A stretch of DNA of 52,696 nucleotides, from positions 1 to 52,696 of the IMG/VR virus record IMGVR_UViG_3300048091_000193, one strand, 5' to 3'. The stretch is from a virus (lineage: Duplodnaviria; Heunggongvirae; Uroviricota; Caudoviricetes). This document shows positions 33,101 through 42,568 of this stretch, in pieces (position 1 is the stretch's first letter; every line of letters begins with the position of its first letter). The position numbers and the translations under genes are program-made. Below the pieces are notes generated by a model. The model made no database searches. It was given only the letters and a program-made list of their open reading frames with translations, and was not told where the DNA came from.

Positions 33101-34621
33101 GTCGGGGATCTGCAGGCATGGGCCAAGAGCTTCATGGGTCCGTTGTCGACCGCGTCACCCTCGGGCGCAAACACGAATGCATTAAGCACCGTGCTGCAGG
33201 GGTCGACGACTTCGGGGCAGGTGCAGTCGGCGTTGCGCACACAGCAGCTTAACGAGGCGACCGCGCGGCTCACCGGCGACAACAAGCTGACCGACAAGAT
33301 GAAGGAGGTTGCGCTCTCGATCGCCGCAGCCGACGACAATCAGGACGGTCTCAACAAGCGCTTGACGACGATGCGCAAGCTGATCTCGGAAGGTGAATTC
33401 GGCACCGACCGCGATCCGGATTCGCAGCGCTACAAGAACCTGATCAAGCTGGCGAACGACTGGGATGCTGCGGACGCCAAGGCTGCAAAGGCGAAGAAGG
33501 ACCGCGCTCAGATCACAGCGATCACGGAGCGGTTGCCGCGCGACCAGGAGGCGCTTGATCAGAAGGATGACGAGAACCTGCGCCGTCTCACGGACGAGCA
33601 GAAGTTCAAGTTCTCGGACAGCTATTATGCCGAGCTGAAGAAGACCCTGAAGGAAATCAACATCCTGAAGGCCGATGCCGACCGCACGCCGGCGAATGCT
33701 GACCGCAACAACGGCTTCATCGATACCCTCAACAATCAGCTCAATCAGCGTCGCGACGCCGAGATCGCCAATCAGGTTGTGATCGAACAGCAGAAGACGC
33801 TGGTGATCGAGCAGAGCCTGATGACGGCGGACCAGGCGCGCGAAAGCCAGCATCAGCGCGACATCGCGCGTCTTCAGGAATACCTGAAGCTGCTCGGTGA
33901 CAGTGACAGTAAGTTGCGGGGCATCATCGAGGGCACGATTGCGCGTTCGCAGGCGGCTTATTCCCGCGCGACTGTCGCGGCGAGCCCGATCGCCAAGTCG
34001 ATGAAGGAATGGAGCGACGTCTCCAACAATCTTCAGAAGTCGGCCGTGTCCTGGATGGACAGCGCGACCGACAAGATGGCCGATTTTGCGATTACCGGAA
34101 AGGCTACCTGGGCAGACCTCTCGAACGCGGTCTCCAAGGATCTCGCGCGCATGACGATCCGGGGCGGTCTCGGCAGCATCTTTGGTTCGCTGGGTGGCGG
34201 ATTGTTCGGCGGCGGCACCGCGGGCGGCGGCTCGGGCAAGATGGTCGCGCAGCACCACTCGGGCGGCATGGCCGGCTCGGTCGGCGCATCGCGCATGATC
34301 GACCCTTCGGTGTTTCAGGACGCCCGGCGCTGGCACACCGGCACCGGCGGCATGACGCTGGGCGGCGATGAGATCCCGATTATCGCCAAGCGCGGCGAAC
34401 AGGTCGACTGGCCCGAAAACCTCGCCAAGCAATATGGCGGGGCAGGCGGCGGTGTTCAGATGAGCGTGGGCGATATTCATGTCTCGGGCGGAGCCGGCAC
34501 GCCGGCACAGAACGACGATCTGGTTACCAAGATGATGCAGGCGTTCAACGACTCCGCGCAGGAGCTCGTCACCGCACAGATCCGCAAACAGATGCGGCCC
34601 GGCGGTTTGCTGAAAGGATAA
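30119..34621 (+). CDS. Tape measure protein with internal lytic-transglycosylase-like domain
   Basis: 1500 aa helical; tape-measure motif AITQMAGKGVIQMEELRQQLGE; IRQESGG...GLGQF...YLAH at about 32711-33135. Confidence 0.92.
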   Translation: MSIRVELELDDGSFTTRMIHAGETVRQFQGNVNGTISSISRLNETNTTFLGTMRDITVVLGLASMAFNNVKGVMTGWAGDIIKVNAEMERLKTLLSGMSKAADPMKDAAQQVKFLRDFAKDAPFALNTLADTFVKMKSTGIDPMSGALKGLVDGVAAFGGNDETLKRATVAITQMAGKGVIQMEELRQQLGEAMPRAVELMARSMGVSMGQLIQEIGKGTLDAKTSLAAFNMELERSFGGAAAAQMNTFNGLISRTKTLMQNLALDIGEAGFFAAVKDQVRDLNRALSGDTFKSMSQVVGQTLATVVNSLGSGIKWVIEFRNEIAAAGTMLATMFGAKILAQLTLGLVGMFQTWRAEMSLTMVQLTMVRNGFMGLGSVIAGVRSMSDAMTAATLTAGALSRVLPLIGSGLVFLGGWVPLIVSAVSMLALAFGKSSDASKDAYENLAKYGAESKKQANEAAAFLPRLAKEIETMKALKESQESDPSNSLGGVWITDEDIKKLEDQYEKAKEVVGKGSKVGAAKDADKFIESQNEILDARLAGIRKGIDAERTLASKQYEDQLKFLNENKKDTAKLQEDYASEKRRKDLEVYKNEQSAYSEQLIQLQMMANNGNAEALAAQDRYQAELQAKIADSQAKIETLTVMSLKPVSVDKGANVEKVLEQARGKLDNLNATLASQRAELNGVSGEYAKMAYLIEDAVSKSNGMWTLNNEKVMAVVSALKEAQKQSDELTEKITGQKQFDSDLQAAEAKARQEYNAAVANGKTGLDAIAAKMQAGLYSGQGAIARMNGGVAGLVDVATNAGKAMDGAFGDQIQNKGIGLLGIVEKLGAAWSTLRNNATGINAGDYKSMSLESGTYKPGSTYTANVIRQESGGRADAASDTSTAVGLGQFIEETWLKFLKDMHPDMLNAGKQAALDLRKNPILSEEAINWLASKNMGQLDKAGVPTTDANVYLAHMLGADGAISALTKSSDTMLSTIKTLEPALKSNPTLRGMSVGDLQAWAKSFMGPLSTASPSGANTNALSTVLQGSTTSGQVQSALRTQQLNEATARLTGDNKLTDKMKEVALSIAAADDNQDGLNKRLTTMRKLISEGEFGTDRDPDSQRYKNLIKLANDWDAADAKAAKAKKDRAQITAITERLPRDQEALDQKDDENLRRLTDEQKFKFSDSYYAELKKTLKEINILKADADRTPANADRNNGFIDTLNNQLNQRRDAEIANQVVIEQQKTLVIEQSLMTADQARESQHQRDIARLQEYLKLLGDSDSKLRGIIEGTIARSQAAYSRATVAASPIAKSMKEWSDVSNNLQKSAVSWMDSATDKMADFAITGKATWADLSNAVSKDLARMTIRGGLGSIFGSLGGGLFGGGTAGGGSGKMVAQHHSGGMAGSVGASRMIDPSVFQDARRWHTGTGGMTLGGDEIPIIAKRGEQVDWPENLAKQYGGAGGGVQMSVGDIHVSGGAGTPAQNDDLVTKMMQAFNDSAQELVTAQIRKQMRPGGLLKG

Positions 34622-34624
34622 GCG

Positions 34625-34972
34625 ATGGCTCTCGATACGTTCGTTCCCCCGGTGCGTCAGTCACCGGGGACCAAGATCAAACCGACGGTCAAGATCAAGA
34701 AGGCTGAATTCGGCGACGGCTATACGCAGAAGATGCCGGATGGTCTGAACCATATCCGCGACGGCGTCACGCTGACCTGGGACACGCTGCTGCCGGAACA
34801 GGCCAAGGAGATGGAAGCCTTCATGAAGGCAAAGCTCGGCACGATCCCATTTCTCTATGACGTGGACGAGGGTGAGTTCGTGACCTGGACCTGTGAGGTT
34901 TGGGAGCGGGGCCGCGGCGATCAGCACACGTTCACGGCCACCTTCGAGCAATACTTTGGCCCTTTAGTTTAA
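34625..34972 (+). CDS. Distal tail protein, lambda gpM-like
   Basis: AEFGDGYTQ...DGLN...FTATFEQ. Confidence 0.8.
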   Translation: MALDTFVPPVRQSPGTKIKPTVKIKKAEFGDGYTQKMPDGLNHIRDGVTLTWDTLLPEQAKEMEAFMKAKLGTIPFLYDVDEGEFVTWTCEVWERGRGDQHTFTATFEQYFGPLV

Positions 34973-34987
34973 GTCAGTGTTGACTTA
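34970..34987. repeat. 18-bp palindrome family
   Basis: TAAGTCA-GTGT-TGACTTA overlapping the gpM-like stop. Confidence 0.85.
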
Positions 34988-35014
34988 TACTACGGCTCCA
35001 ATAAATAGGTGGTC

Positions 35015-35740
35015 ATGTCACTTTCCGCGGTTTCACAGTCGCTTACGCCTGGTGCCGAGATCTTTCTCTATCGGCTCGACGCTACAGCTGCGAATGCGGG
35101 GATCCACTATTTTGTCCAGGCTAAACAGGTCAATGGGCAACCGCTGACCTTCGGCGGACAGGCCTATACGCCGATCGATATCTCGGTCGAGGACTTCGAG
35201 AGCAACGCGGGCGGCGCACTGCCGACTCCGAAGATGCAGATCGCGAATTCGGATTCGTTCATCCAGGATATGGTCAACCTCTACGGTGACCTGGCTGGCT
35301 GCGAGATCCGCCGCGTCCGCACCTTCGCCCGTTTTCTGGATGGCTTCCCGGAAGCGGATCCGAATTCCTTCGTCGGTCCCGACGTGTTCCGCATTGAGCG
35401 CAAGTCCAACGAGAGCCCTGTCTTTATCGAGTGGGAACTGTCGGCAGCGATCGACCAGGAAGGCAAGATGCTGCCCGGTCGCCAGTATCTGCGCGACGTC
35501 TGCACGCGGCGCTATCGCCGGTTCGACCCAACCAATCCCTCGGCTCATCCGGATGGCTACGTCTATCCGACGGTGCATCCGTGCCCCTACAGCGGCTCGG
35601 CCGCCTTCACGCCTGCCGGCGCCCCGACGACGGCTGCGAATGATCGATGCGGTCGCAAGGACAGCGACTGTCGTCTGCGCTTCGGCGAAGACGGCGTGCT
35701 GCCGACCGGCGCATTCCCTGGCATTGCGCGGGTGCAGTAA
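35015..35740 (+). CDS. Minor tail protein, lambda gpL-like
   Basis: RVRTFARFLD, C-terminal C...CPY...CGRKDSDC Fe-S pattern, PTGAFPG. Confidence 0.85.
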   Translation: MSLSAVSQSLTPGAEIFLYRLDATAANAGIHYFVQAKQVNGQPLTFGGQAYTPIDISVEDFESNAGGALPTPKMQIANSDSFIQDMVNLYGDLAGCEIRRVRTFARFLDGFPEADPNSFVGPDVFRIERKSNESPVFIEWELSAAIDQEGKMLPGRQYLRDVCTRRYRRFDPTNPSAHPDGYVYPTVHPCPYSGSAAFTPAGAPTTAANDRCGRKDSDCRLRFGEDGVLPTGAFPGIARVQ

Positions 35741-36540
35741 TGATCCACGAATACGAATCTCTGGTCGCGACCAAGCTCGGCGCCAAGGCGCTGGAAGCCG
35801 CGAAGCAGCACGCCATCCACGAATTCCCGAACGAGAGCTGCGGCTTCATCGCGCGCGGGCGCTACATCGCCTGCGAGAACAAGCACGTCACCCCGGCGAC
35901 GCATTTCAAGATCGACGACGAGCGCTATGACCGGGCTGTCGCCAACGGCACCCTGAAGGCCGTCGTTCACTCGCACCCCAACGGCCCGATCTTCCCCTCG
36001 CACGCCGACATGATGGGGCAGCTGACCACGGACAAGCCGTGGGTGATCATCTCCCTCAACGAGATCGGCATTCACAAGATCGTCGCTTGGGGCGGTGAGC
36101 TCCCGATTGCGCCCGTGATCGCGCGCCCGTTCCTACATGGGGTGTTCGACTGCATGTCGCTCATTCGCGACGTGTATCGCACCGGGCGCACCGAATTGCT
36201 GAAGCAGGGCGTGCATTGGCCGTTCGAGCCGATCCCCTTTGCTGACGTCGCCCGCGAAGACAACTGGTGGCAGGGCGAAGCTGATCTATACACCGCGAAT
36301 TTCGCCAAGTGGGGCTTCAAAAAGATCACGATGTCCGAGGTGCAGGCGGGCGACGTGTTCCTGATTGCCGTCGGCGATCGCCGCGCCAATCCGCAGCAGA
36401 AGCTCAATCACGGCGGCGTGCTCCTCGAGCATGACCAGATCCTGCACCACCTGCCGACGCGTCCGTCTGCTCGCACCCCTGCCGGCGTCTGGGCGCGGGC
36501 CGCCGATATGTGGGTCCGCTACGAGGGTCTGCCGGCATGA
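35740..36540 (+). CDS. Tail tip protein, lambda gpK-like (JAB + NlpC/P60)
   Basis: PNESCG, VVHSHP...PSHAD, FDCMSLIRD, NHGGV, ILHH. Confidence 0.85.
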   Translation: MIHEYESLVATKLGAKALEAAKQHAIHEFPNESCGFIARGRYIACENKHVTPATHFKIDDERYDRAVANGTLKAVVHSHPNGPIFPSHADMMGQLTTDKPWVIISLNEIGIHKIVAWGGELPIAPVIARPFLHGVFDCMSLIRDVYRTGRTELLKQGVHWPFEPIPFADVAREDNWWQGEADLYTANFAKWGFKKITMSEVQAGDVFLIAVGDRRANPQQKLNHGGVLLEHDQILHHLPTRPSARTPAGVWARAADMWVRYEGLPA

Positions 36541-37277
36541 TGCGCACCATTCACCTGCACGGCCGGCTCAAGAAGCAGTTTGGCCCCAAGCATCGTTTCG
36601 ACGTGGGGACAGCTGCCGAAGCGCTACGCGCGCTCAACTGTGCGTTCCCCGGTGACTTCGTCACTGCGTTGCAGACGGGCAGCTACAAGCTCGTGCGCGG
36701 GGACAAGCGCTCGGGCATGAACCTCGATATCGACCTGACCTGCAAGCTTCAACTCGGCGGTGCGGACCTGCACATCATGCCGGCCCCGGAAGGCGCAGCG
36801 AATAGCAAGGGCGTCGCCAAAACGATCGTCGGGTCGGTTCTGATCGGCAGCGCCATCTTCTTTTCGGGTGGCGGACTCGCTGCGCCTTTAAGCGCAATGA
36901 GCACCGAAGCGTTTGCGATCGGCGGCATGAGCGTGACTTGGGGCAACATCGCGCTTGTCGGCCTCGGACTGGCACTCTCCGGCGCATCGTCGCTTCTCGC
37001 CAAGACCGATAGCTCTGCTTCCGACAGCAAGAGCGAGGAAAGCTACTCGATCAACGGTCCGGACAATGTCGCGCGCCAGGGCAGCGCCATCTCGCTGATC
37101 TACGGCGAGGTGATCACCGGCATCGTCACGATCTCCTTTGACGCCGATATCGAGGACATCGGCTCCTATCAGGGTCAGAGCAGTGCGCTCAGCTCCAGCA
37201 CCGAGATCCTGACGTCCATTGGTCTCGATGGTCTCGTCAAGAACGTCGTCTATCAGAACGGAATAGCGGTTACATGA
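36537..37277 (+). CDS. Tail assembly protein, lambda gpI-like
   Basis: IHLHGRLKKQFG, AEALRAL, ISLIYGEV. Confidence 0.8.
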   Translation: MMRTIHLHGRLKKQFGPKHRFDVGTAAEALRALNCAFPGDFVTALQTGSYKLVRGDKRSGMNLDIDLTCKLQLGGADLHIMPAPEGAANSKGVAKTIVGSVLIGSAIFFSGGGLAAPLSAMSTEAFAIGGMSVTWGNIALVGLGLALSGASSLLAKTDSSASDSKSEESYSINGPDNVARQGSAISLIYGEVITGIVTISFDADIEDIGSYQGQSSALSSSTEILTSIGLDGLVKNVVYQNGIAVT

Positions 37278-40200
37278 TCATCGAAGGCGCCAAAGGTAAA
37301 GGCGATAGCTCGAGTCCGGAAGAAGCCTCGAACACGCTGCGCTCGACGTCGATCATTAACATCGTCGGCGCGCTGGGCGAGGGCGAGATCGAGGGCCTGG
37401 TTAACGGCGATCGCTCGATATTCTTCGACGGCACGCCGCTGATGAACATCGACGGCTCGCTGAATCGTCAGGGCGTCAGCTGGACGCAGCGCCTCGGCTT
37501 GCCTGATCAGGATCCGGTTTTCACCAACGCACGCGCCGGCACGCCGCACTCGGTCGAGCAGGAGGTCAAGAACGGGACCGGGCGCGTCATTCGCACCGTC
37601 ACCGAAACGAACGCTGCCGACGTCATGGTCGTGGTGCGCATCGACGCGCTTGCCCAGACGAACACCGAGACCGGCGACGTCACCGGTGCCTCGGTGCAAT
37701 ACGTCGTCGAGCGTCGCGCGGCCGGCGGCGACTGGGAGATCATCGACAATGTCGGGATCTTCAACCAGAAGTGCATGAGCCCGTATTTCAAAAAGAGCGT
37801 GATCCCGCGCCCGGACGGCAACGAGGTCTGGGATATCGCCGTGCGTCGGCTGACCCCGGACAGCGATAGTCTCACGCTGCAGAACAATACGGTATTCGAC
37901 AACTACATCACGCGGGTCAAGGGTCGCTACAGCTACGGCGACACCGCCCTGATCGCGATGCGGATCGATAGCCAGACCTTCGGCTCGTCGCTCGGCACAA
38001 TCACGGCGCACGTCCGCGGTCTCAAGATCGCGGTCCCGTCGAACTATGACCCGATCACCCGCGCCTATACCGGCGTCTGGGACGGCACTTTCGTCAAGCG
38101 CTGGACAAACAATCCGGCCTGGGTGTTCTGGGATCTGCTGACCAATACGCGCTATGGCCTCGGCGAATTCGTCGACCCGACGCTGGCCGACAAGTGGTCG
38201 CTGTATCAGATCGCCCGCTATTGCGATCAGCTCGTTCCCTCGGGCTTCAAGACCACGACCGGCGCCGACATTATGGAGCCGCGCTTCACGTTCAATGGCG
38301 TGATCAACAGTCGCGAGGAGGCCTACAAGGTCCTCCAGAACATCACGACGTCGTTCCGCGGCATGGCCTATTGGTCGCTGAGCCAGGTCTTCGTGTCCTG
38401 CGACATGCCTTCGGATCCCGTGGTTGCTCTGTCGCCGGCAAATGTCGTCGGCGGCGTGTTCAATTACTCGGGCACGGCGGTTAAAGCACGCCACTCGGTT
38501 GCGCTCTGCACCTGGAACGACCCGCAGGATCACTACAAGACCGCAATCGAGGTCGTCCAGGACGACGACCAGATGCAGAAATTCGGCTGGCGCCAGACCG
38601 ACGTCACGCTGGTCGGCTGCACCTCGCGCGGGCAGGCGCATCGTTTCGGCTCGTGGATCCTCGACACCGAAAAGAGCGAGACCGAAACGGTCCAGTTCAC
38701 CATGAGCTGGGACGGCTATGTCCTCGAGAACAACCTGACCCTGCAGCCGGGCAACATCATTCTGGTCTCGGACCCGCGTAAGAACGGCGGTTTCCGCTCG
38801 GGCGGGCGCTTCGCAACCACGATCTCGGCATCTGAATTCGTGCTCGACGCGCCATTTGAAACCCAGAGCGGCCAGACCTATACGATCGGCTCGCTGCTGC
38901 CCTCGGGCAAATACGAGACCCGTCCAATCATCTCCTTCGGCGGCGACGACAAGACCATCACGGTCAGTCCCGCATTTAGCGATAAGCCTGTTGATGGCGC
39001 CGACTGGATCATCCAGGGCACCAATATGGCCGCGCGCCGCTACCGCGTCATGGCTGTGCAGGAGACCGACACCAATCTGTTCAAGATCACGGCGCTGTTC
39101 AATGACCCGACAAAGTATGCGCGGGTCGAGCAGAACATCAACATCGAGCCGATCCCCTATGTTCGGCCGCGCGATGTCATCAGTCAGGTCACCAATATCA
39201 AGGCCAATGAGGCGCGCTACTTCCAGAACGGTGTCTCGCATTCCCGCGTGACTCTGTCCTGGACCGCGCCCAACGACTTCTTGGTGAAAGACTTCACGAT
39301 CACCGCGGACAGCCCGCGGGGCTTCGCCAACCTGGGTTCCTCGGTCGTTCCGTCGATCGACATCACCGACGCGGCGCCGGGCGAGTGGACATTCTACATC
39401 TCTGCACGATCGATGACGGGCGCTGTCTCGGTGCCGGTGAGCTTCGTCTTCACGGTCGAGGGCTGGGAAGCCGTCGATGGCCCGATCCCGTCGAACTTGC
39501 GCACTTCGGACGGCGGCAACGAATTCCACGGCCGCGCCGCGACCATGCTTTGGGACAACGTGTTCCCGCCGAGCTCCGTCACCTATGCGGTCGAGAACGT
39601 GGTGCGCGTCTACAGCGCCTCGAACCAGCTGCTGCGCGCCGAGACCGTGCGCCAGCCTAATTACACCTATGATTTGGAGCGCAATCTTAACGACGGCGGG
39701 CCGCGCCGCTCGTTCCGCGTCGACGTTTCCGCCAAATCGGTCACGGGCACCGAAAGCCAAGTTGCCTCGCTCACCGTCTCGAACCCGGTGCCGGCCAAGG
39801 TCGTGCCGGCGCTGAAGGGCGGCATCGGCTTTATCGAGGTCAGCTATGCCCCGAACGATAATGATTTCGCCGGCGCGCTGATCTGGGCGTCGACCAACCC
39901 AACCTATGTGCCGGTGTTGAGCGAAGCGCTCTATGACGGCCCTGATACCACGGTCACGTTGAACCTCGCGGCCGGCAACTGGTTTATCTTCGTCGCTGTC
40001 TACGACACCTTCGGCAAGGAAGGCCTTTTGGTGTCCTCGCCGGTGTCGCTCGGCATCAACGATCTTCAGGGCACGCTGTCGCAGGTTCTCCCGGCGCTGA
40101 TCGAAGCCAAAGGTGGCGTCACGACCGACGACATCGAGGGCATCGCCGACCAGATCGCCGGCATGCTGACCCAGATGATCGCCGACCGCGACGACAACGA

Positions 40201-40861
40201 CGAGCTGCATAAGCGCAGCCATCAGGAACTCGCCGTCCGCACTTCGGATCTGACTGCGATTGTCGCTCGTGAGACCACAGCGCGCATCGAGGGAGACTTC
40301 GCGGAAGCGACGGCCCGCGAGCTCCTCCAGGTCACCATCAATACCCAGGTGATCGCGGCGATCGCCGAGGAAAAGCTCGTTCGTGCCTCGGCCGACGAAG
40401 CTCTCACGAGCTCGCTGACGCTGCAGACGTCGCGCATCGATACGACGCAAGCATCTATCGCAACTGAAGCGACGACGCGCGCAACGCAGACTAGCGCGCT
40501 TGCTGCACAGTATTCGACCCTGTCGACGACTGTCGGGCAGAACACGGCCTCGATCTCGACCCTAGTGACGAGTGTCGACGGCGTGAAGGTGCAATTCGGC
40601 GTCATCGGCACCATCGACGGCGTCACCGGCGGCTTCATTATGACCGGCGTCAAGTCGCTGGACGGCACGGTGTCGTTTGCGATGCAGATCCGCGGCAACC
40701 TGATCGTCGACGGCACGATCGGCGCCAGCAAGATGAACGTGATCAACCTCGCGGCGCTTAGTGCCAATCTCGGCACGGTGACGGCCGGCATCATTCAGAG
40801 CACCGATGGCCTCAGTGTTTGGAACCTGAATGCCGGCTATTTCCTGATCTCGCAGCCATGA
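37274..40861 (+). CDS. Central tail fibre/host-specificity protein, lambda gpJ-like
   Basis: EGEIEGLV, WTNNPAW, EPRFTFNG, GCTSRGQAHR, FnIII-like repeats, C-terminal coiled-coil. Confidence 0.92.
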   Translation: MIIEGAKGKGDSSSPEEASNTLRSTSIINIVGALGEGEIEGLVNGDRSIFFDGTPLMNIDGSLNRQGVSWTQRLGLPDQDPVFTNARAGTPHSVEQEVKNGTGRVIRTVTETNAADVMVVVRIDALAQTNTETGDVTGASVQYVVERRAAGGDWEIIDNVGIFNQKCMSPYFKKSVIPRPDGNEVWDIAVRRLTPDSDSLTLQNNTVFDNYITRVKGRYSYGDTALIAMRIDSQTFGSSLGTITAHVRGLKIAVPSNYDPITRAYTGVWDGTFVKRWTNNPAWVFWDLLTNTRYGLGEFVDPTLADKWSLYQIARYCDQLVPSGFKTTTGADIMEPRFTFNGVINSREEAYKVLQNITTSFRGMAYWSLSQVFVSCDMPSDPVVALSPANVVGGVFNYSGTAVKARHSVALCTWNDPQDHYKTAIEVVQDDDQMQKFGWRQTDVTLVGCTSRGQAHRFGSWILDTEKSETETVQFTMSWDGYVLENNLTLQPGNIILVSDPRKNGGFRSGGRFATTISASEFVLDAPFETQSGQTYTIGSLLPSGKYETRPIISFGGDDKTITVSPAFSDKPVDGADWIIQGTNMAARRYRVMAVQETDTNLFKITALFNDPTKYARVEQNINIEPIPYVRPRDVISQVTNIKANEARYFQNGVSHSRVTLSWTAPNDFLVKDFTITADSPRGFANLGSSVVPSIDITDAAPGEWTFYISARSMTGAVSVPVSFVFTVEGWEAVDGPIPSNLRTSDGGNEFHGRAATMLWDNVFPPSSVTYAVENVVRVYSASNQLLRAETVRQPNYTYDLERNLNDGGPRRSFRVDVSAKSVTGTESQVASLTVSNPVPAKVVPALKGGIGFIEVSYAPNDNDFAGALIWASTNPTYVPVLSEALYDGPDTTVTLNLAAGNWFIFVAVYDTFGKEGLLVSSPVSLGINDLQGTLSQVLPALIEAKGGVTTDDIEGIADQIAGMLTQMIADRDDNDELHKRSHQELAVRTSDLTAIVARETTARIEGDFAEATARELLQVTINTQVIAAIAEEKLVRASADEALTSSLTLQTSRIDTTQASIATEATTRATQTSALAAQYSTLSTTVGQNTASISTLVTSVDGVKVQFGVIGTIDGVTGGFIMTGVKSLDGTVSFAMQIRGNLIVDGTIGASKMNVINLAALSANLGTVTAGIIQSTDGLSVWNLNAGYFLISQP

Positions 40862-41283
40862 GCCTTGGTCGCATTTACGGTGATGCCAGCCGGTTCTCGA
40901 TTTCGAGACCTGGCTATGACGTGCGCTTCGTGCCGCGCACGCCGGATTATATGGCTATCGACTCGTCGTTTGCGCAATCGCTTCGGCTTCTGATGAGCGG
41001 CGTCCTTTTCGGCGTAGCGGCGACATCAAGCCCGACCGTATTCTACGGCACCACTTACGCGACGCCCCCTTTTGTAGAGTTGTATCCTTACAACGCGGGG
41101 ATCTCGCGCATTGAGCAGCAGATTAATTACCAGCAGAGCGGCGGCGGCTCGGCCGTGTTCGGCACGAACATCAATATTAACCAGCAGGCCAATCGCTTTT
41201 CATTCAATCCGTCAATTGTCGGCCCCTCCGGCGGATACGAAAGTGTCCCGCGGGATTGGATCTACTTTGTGTATCCAGGATGA
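40858..41283 (+). CDS. Tail-tip accessory protein (paralogue 1)
   Basis: ISRPGYDV motif; coupled to J. Confidence 0.55.
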   Translation: MSLGRIYGDASRFSISRPGYDVRFVPRTPDYMAIDSSFAQSLRLLMSGVLFGVAATSSPTVFYGTTYATPPFVELYPYNAGISRIEQQINYQQSGGGSAVFGTNININQQANRFSFNPSIVGPSGGYESVPRDWIYFVYPG

Positions 41284-41675
41284 TTGATCGTTGGCTCTGG
41301 GGACGTCATCCGCTCGACGGTAGCTATGGTGCCTGGCTCTCAAAGCCAGGCATCAATGTGCGCAGCACAGTCGACCCTGACCTTATGCTTATCTCGCCGT
41401 CCAAGAAGAACGAGCAGATCCTGCTTTCCGGGATGGTCGTTATCGGCGCTGGCGGCACTGCCACTGTATTCTACCCGGAAAACTTCAGCTCGATTCCTTT
41501 CGTGCAATTCTATTCGAGCAACTCGGGTGACCAAATTACCTGTCCGCCGCCCTTTTACTCTGCCAACGGCGGATCGATGGTCTACGTCAACCAATTCACC
41601 AATGCCGCAACATTCACGAACAGTTCAAATCTTACATTGGCGATATTTTACGCCGTTGCGGCGAGGGCAGGCTAA
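41280..41675 (+). CDS. Tail-tip accessory protein (paralogue 2)
   Basis: LSKPGINV motif. Confidence 0.55.
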   Translation: MIDRWLWGRHPLDGSYGAWLSKPGINVRSTVDPDLMLISPSKKNEQILLSGMVVIGAGGTATVFYPENFSSIPFVQFYSSNSGDQITCPPPFYSANGGSMVYVNQFTNAATFTNSSNLTLAIFYAVAARAG

Positions 41676-42127
41676 TGGCACTTCCGCGTGCACGAATGAT
41701 GAGTGGCCAGTCCGCAGCGCTGCAAGTCAGCCTGCCTGGCTTCAATGTCGAGACTACGACGCTGAACAATATGGCGTTCGACGCGCGTTTTGCGAACATG
41801 CACGTCTTCCTGAAGACGCAAGTGTCGTTTGGTGAAATCGTCGGTCGCAATGACGTCCTGCAGCAGACGATCTTTTACCCAGAGACGCTTCCGCAGCCGC
41901 CTTTGTGCCTAGTGCGAATTCAGCAGACCGCGGGAACGGGCGGCGCTCCGCCGCCGAACGGCTCCTCGTTTCTCTATATCGACCAGCGCGATACATCGAC
42001 CATAGGCTTCTGCGGCTTCGTCGGTCGTAGCAGCATGACCCTCCACGTCGAAGGCGCCAATCATAAGCGCCCAAACGACAATGTCGTCTTTCCGACCATC
42101 TGGACAATTCTTCTTCTACGACCGTAA
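41675..42127 (+). CDS. Tail-tip accessory protein (paralogue 3)
   Basis: VSLPGFNV motif. Confidence 0.55.
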   Translation: MALPRARMMSGQSAALQVSLPGFNVETTTLNNMAFDARFANMHVFLKTQVSFGEIVGRNDVLQQTIFYPETLPQPPLCLVRIQQTAGTGGAPPPNGSSFLYIDQRDTSTIGFCGFVGRSSMTLHVEGANHKRPNDNVVFPTIWTILLLRP

Positions 42128-42136
42128 GGACCTAAA

Positions 42137-42568
42137 ATGCTGATTATCTTTCAGGAAACGGGACAGATCGACCAGGTCGTTCTGACCGGCGAAATCGAAA
42201 AGCTCAAGGAAATCTATGAGCAGAACGGTCATCTCGCGATGGAGTCGTTCGAAGATCATATCAACCTCGCGGACGTCTATGTCGAGAACCCGCTGGACGA
42301 AGCGCGCCGCAAACTCTCGCCGCGTTATTACGTCGGCGTCGATTATGACCGCACGGAGCTGAAGGCTGACGGTGCGGATGAGATCGTGCTGACGCCGGCT
42401 CTGCCGTGCAAGATCGCGGTCCAGTTCAGCGGAGCCACCATTGCGATGGGTGATCTTGCCGGCGAGCCGCTGCAGTTCTCGGCCGACGACCCCGGCGTTT
42501 ATACGCTCACCTTCACCCCGCCGTTCCCCTATAAGTCGAGCATCATCCATATCGAGGCCACGACATGA
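42137..42568 (+). CDS. Hypothetical tail-associated protein
   Basis: AAGGA RBS; typical codon bias. Confidence 0.55.
   Translation: MLIIFQETGQIDQVVLTGEIEKLKEIYEQNGHLAMESFEDHINLADVYVENPLDEARRKLSPRYYVGVDYDRTELKADGADEIVLTPALPCKIAVQFSGATIAMGDLAGEPLQFSADDPGVYTLTFTPPFPYKSSIIHIEATT

Noticed and set aside
37253-40450. Very long antisense ORFs (also 17034-17966, 18809-20188, 20263-21975, 33182-34480, 43961-44983, 45370-46335)
   Set aside because: They lie exactly opposite well-supported genes; strong G/C third-position bias removes antisense stops, and the translations have no motifs.
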